Source: Magallana gigas
Taxonomy: Eukaryota
DNA length: 64,000 bases
Reading direction: 5' to 3'
NCBI RefSeq assembly: GCF_963853765.1
Contig: NC_088858.1
Coordinates: forward strand, 3,038,001-3,102,000
The notes beneath the pieces are model-generated. The model made no database searches, had not been told where the DNA came from, and saw only the letters and a program-made list of their open reading frames with translations. A program made the translations under genes and the position numbers. Each line of letters begins with the position of its first letter. Within the stretch, counting starts at the first letter, position 1. Positions 61,801 through 64,000 of this stretch are shown here, piece by piece.

Positions 61801-63824
61801 ACAACATACAACGAGGAATATTTACATTCTACTGTGTATTTCCATTAAATTCCGTGATGTATAAATGCCTCTAAATGCAACACCTATTCACTGCGTATGA
61901 ATTTACGAGTAATTTACATAAGTACATGTAGTTCTCAAACAGTGATTTCTATGTTATCTGTTAAAAAATGTATATCATGAATGTTGTCAAAACACTATGT
62001 TTTATAATCATTCAACAAAAAAGTTGACTTTATTGTTAAAAGCAACATTCCAAGAGTTATTTATCCTGGATTATATTTTCATGCTCGTCGATCTCATCTC
62101 AATAGTCTATGTGAAAACCAGTTTAAACCGGTTTTACAAAACAGCTGTTCTTGCTGTTACTTATCCACTCCCTCCGTGATCTGCACTTTATATCGATTTA
62201 TTTAAGTAAACAATTGATTTCTTCAGTAAGGGAATGTAAATATAAGCATTAAATGATTTATTTTTGACGTCTTAATACGAGTAATTAAAGGGCTTTATGA
62301 TAGACAAAAATTATAACCTTTAGTGTTATCTTGGAAAAAGATATTGGAAAATGGAAATACTTCATTTAGAATTGCTTGTAATCCATAGTATTACCATACT
62401 TACTTGCTCAGAAGTAGAGAATAGCCGATTCAAGAGAATTGTTGTGAATGCATGTACCAGTCGTCTCCAGGAAGGACTATGGTCATGTGATTAGAATACC
62501 TTTGTTATTTGCATAATTATTCAGTCTGTGTCTTTCTGCTGGTAATTTAAAAACCAGATTGAATAGAGAACCAAAGAAGGCATTTTGAAACTCCTATTAG
62601 TTCAGCTAGTTTATATCTACTTTAGTGGATATTTTACACCGATTTCTCTAGATATGAAGGCTTTTGAAATAAAGCATTTGTTGGAATTTTGGACTCAAAG
62701 CACATTTTATTGCAACGAAGTACCATCAATTACTGATAATTCACATGCTCTTTAAAATGTGGGGTATGTTTCCTGTGTTTAATAATGCAGGCTGTATATC
62801 GTCTCTGGACTGGAACTTGTGTCCGTACTTTGCCATACTTTTTTCGATGTGTAATAAAAAATTTGCATATAAAGATAACATGCAAATTTTTTTTTTAAAA
62901 ACTTCAACCCATCCATATTGGCACTACATTTCAGCAAAAACAGTGCATATATATAGTCTGAAATCAAATTTTGCAATACTTGAAACACATTGTAAGTTTA
63001 AGATGGTTAGATTAAATGCACCCAACTCAGAGGAATGAACACTGATTTACCTTTTTCTTCATATTTTTAAAGTATGTTTTGTCTATACCGGTAGATTTCA
63101 ATGATATACTTTTGAGAAATTCTGATACAACCAAATTCAGGAGTGAGATACCTTAATAAGGCTATTTCAAAAAGAAAAGCTATGAGCTGTTTTGTTTTGG
63201 GAATTGTTTGAATTATACCCGGCACTTTCCAGTATGTATTTAAAATATATATATATAACAAATACAGTATGTTTTTATAAATAATTGTCTGGAAAGAAAA
63301 GCGACCATATTATTTGCACTTCGATTGCTGAAGACACATTGTACTTGAGAAAAATTGATCATAAATCAATCTTTACTTCTTTAAAAATAGTAGTCAGGAA
63401 ATGATGCAAAATGTGCGCATGTGTCTATGGGAAGGTGGAGGAGAGGAGGATGAACTATAATCTATATTGCAGAAGTAAATAAATTTATTTTAAATTCCCT
63501 TAAAAGATCAAGTTCATCATTTTCTTCAAGAATTCTAAGTGGAATAAGAAGGATAATTGTTTGGGATAGCAATTGATGATGACATGAGAGGAAAATCTCT
63601 TTTGTGTAGCATTCGATGCAACAAAAAATGACAGAAATTCAAAACTGCTTGTTAAATGTATTGTTGTACTTTTTTCAGGCCTAAGCTGTCCACCACTCGA
63701 CAGAGAGAAAGCTATCCCAGAATTCCTGGAGTGGGTGAGGAAGCATGGAGTAGACATGAGCGCTGTGGAGATCACCAGTTTCCCTGACTGTGGGTATGGA
63801 CTGCAGGCCACCAAAGACCTCAAA
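52896..63824 (+). CDS. SETD3: Actin-histidine N-methyltransferase SETD3, first three coding exons (continues beyond the right edge)
   Basis: Exons 52896-53019, 54594-54683, 63679-63824 join in frame: MGKKSKKQK...LVTQLLQTC...KEYEYFVELHSIVGKIRALQDGLS...REKAIPEFLEWVRKHG...GYGLQATKDLK. This matches the recalled human SETD3 N-terminus (MGKKSR...LTSELLQKC...KEWEEY...KIRKKQKGLS...GFGLRATRDIK). Confidence 0.9.
53070..53982. mobile_element. Non-autonomous TIR element in SETD3 intron 1
   Basis: TIR CAGAGTTCTTAAAATCTTT / AAAGATTTCAAAAACTCTG; flanking direct repeat TGCTTG; subterminal GTCAGTCC and GACCG repeats. Confidence 0.75.
56233..56455. mobile_element. TA-flanked MITE, same family as 2176-2398
   Basis: TACTATGAATTCCT ... 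AAACGCGAGGAA ... TACTCGCATAAGATAAGGAATTACAGTA. Confidence 0.7.
57360..57570. mobile_element. TA-flanked mariner-type MITE
   Basis: TACTGTGGTTTCATTAATATT ... AATATTGATGAAACCACAGTA. Confidence 0.75.
58361..59303. mobile_element. Non-autonomous hAT (Ac-like) element, 943 bp
   Basis: TIR TAGGGATGTCAA / TTGACATCCCTA; exact 8-bp TSD ATTCAAAT; TACTCGG/CCGAGTA subterminal repeats. Confidence 0.9.
59648..59723. repeat. Perfect inverted repeat: 36-bp arms with a 4-nt loop
   Basis: AAATTTAATGCCAAAATTTTACATTTTATCAAAGGG-CCTC-CCCTTTGATAAAATGTAAAATTTTGGCATTAAATTT. Confidence 0.97.
59772..61517 (-). CDS. B-box (x2) / coiled-coil / NHL-repeat TRIM-like protein without RING, 581 aa, uninterrupted CDS, nested in SETD3 intron 2
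   Basis: B-box 1 CDLC...HCDTC...CTACVGEH...H and B-box 2 CASH...C...YCNQCEIPICLSC...HPGH. Charged coiled coil; NHL repeats PRGVC, PQGITTDSQSHILIA and PWGICTDTDDNLFVAE. Acceptor tttcacag at 61532 implies a 5' UTR intron. Confidence 0.92.
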   Translation of the reverse strand: MPPRRRTNKEPRSSAQEAVYCDLCETAFVQMHCDTCNGNFCTACVGEHVASDEIFDHRVVKFRSMNSNPLYPDCASHDNELCATYCNQCEIPICLSCITMDLHPGHKLSKILEVLEKKKSQVSKDKSELKQTIYPTYQHIASDIQDIIAQLENGYEDLTTAITEHGEDLHKEINKLIKGRKKKAKKMKAKQMQSLQKKLDEVNEKLSNIKDEIHLFDNVLDSNDISKLKSFEGNLEKYSKIPDKILPFLPKFTPRKVFEDTLCELFGNLSSFSYSSDESGYWFKTEEDFPVAEFSPQVVKLLDEPKIVATIKTDYILLKNVACLSGDSFWTCGNGNIMKLYSIEQDLKLKSIKTLSGCTTASITVTPNGDFVFADYEDESVNIVKNKKIEAVIRLQGWRPRGVCGTSSGDLLVTMVSEDKEQSKVMRYSGSTEKQSIQYDVDGQPLYQCAVYITVNRNQDICVTDHRGRAIVVVNKAGKLRFRYKGESHIGRNEQFYPQGITTDSQSHILIANTGYGSSSKNCIHIIDQDGQFISYIDCGLNSPWGICTDTDDNLFVAEYSGKKVKKVKYQQCTNDIETMV

Positions 63825-64000
63825 GTAAGAATCGGAGAGATGGGTACTGTTTGTTCACCTTGAATATTTGGGTAAATTTTCATGTCAGAAATTATTTCAT
63901 TTGCACATGCCATCATTTGCAATTTAAGAAACTTTTTCATTGCATACAATACCAGACATAATTTCATTTAATTAGGTATATTGTTAATTACAATTCACCA

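Noticed and set aside
1-64000. Prokaryotic or phage-type system (operons, defence islands)
   Set aside because: All recognisable genes are metazoan and spliced, and no bacterial-type gene organisation is present.

Overview
AT-rich eukaryotic (spliceosomal-intron) genomic DNA. The repeat landscape, including a ~166-bp Cg170-like satellite inside a Helentron-type element, points to an oyster (Crassostrea/Magallana); this is an inference. Exon structures were rebuilt by hand from GT-AG junctions and reading-frame continuity. Genes in order: PCNX4 first coding exon (-, runs off the left edge), head-to-head with a complete 14-exon MED17 (+); two tandemly duplicated 2-exon orphan 7TM GPCRs (-) separated by an orphan MED17 exon 8/9 fragment; a third, divergent 2-exon GPCR of the same family (+); a 4-exon, highly divergent ARF-like GTPase (+) that the ORF track mostly misses; a complete 8-coding-exon cyclin K (-) with a U12-type intron, head-to-head with SETD3 (+, runs off the right edge); and a B-box/coiled-coil/NHL TRIM-like gene with an uninterrupted CDS nested antisense in SETD3 intron 2. 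There are many non-autonomous DNA transposons with readable TIRs/TSDs. The most unusual items are: a 55-bp tandem array built from the GPCR exon-1 end plus its 5' splice site (8 units in one paralog, roughly 84 in the other); an ARF-like protein with degenerate G3/G4/G5 motifs; a perfect 36-bp-arm hairpin just downstream of the TRIM stop codon; a modular palindromic element rearranged at recombinase-like junctions; and CCNK-SETD3 head-to-head synteny shared with human.
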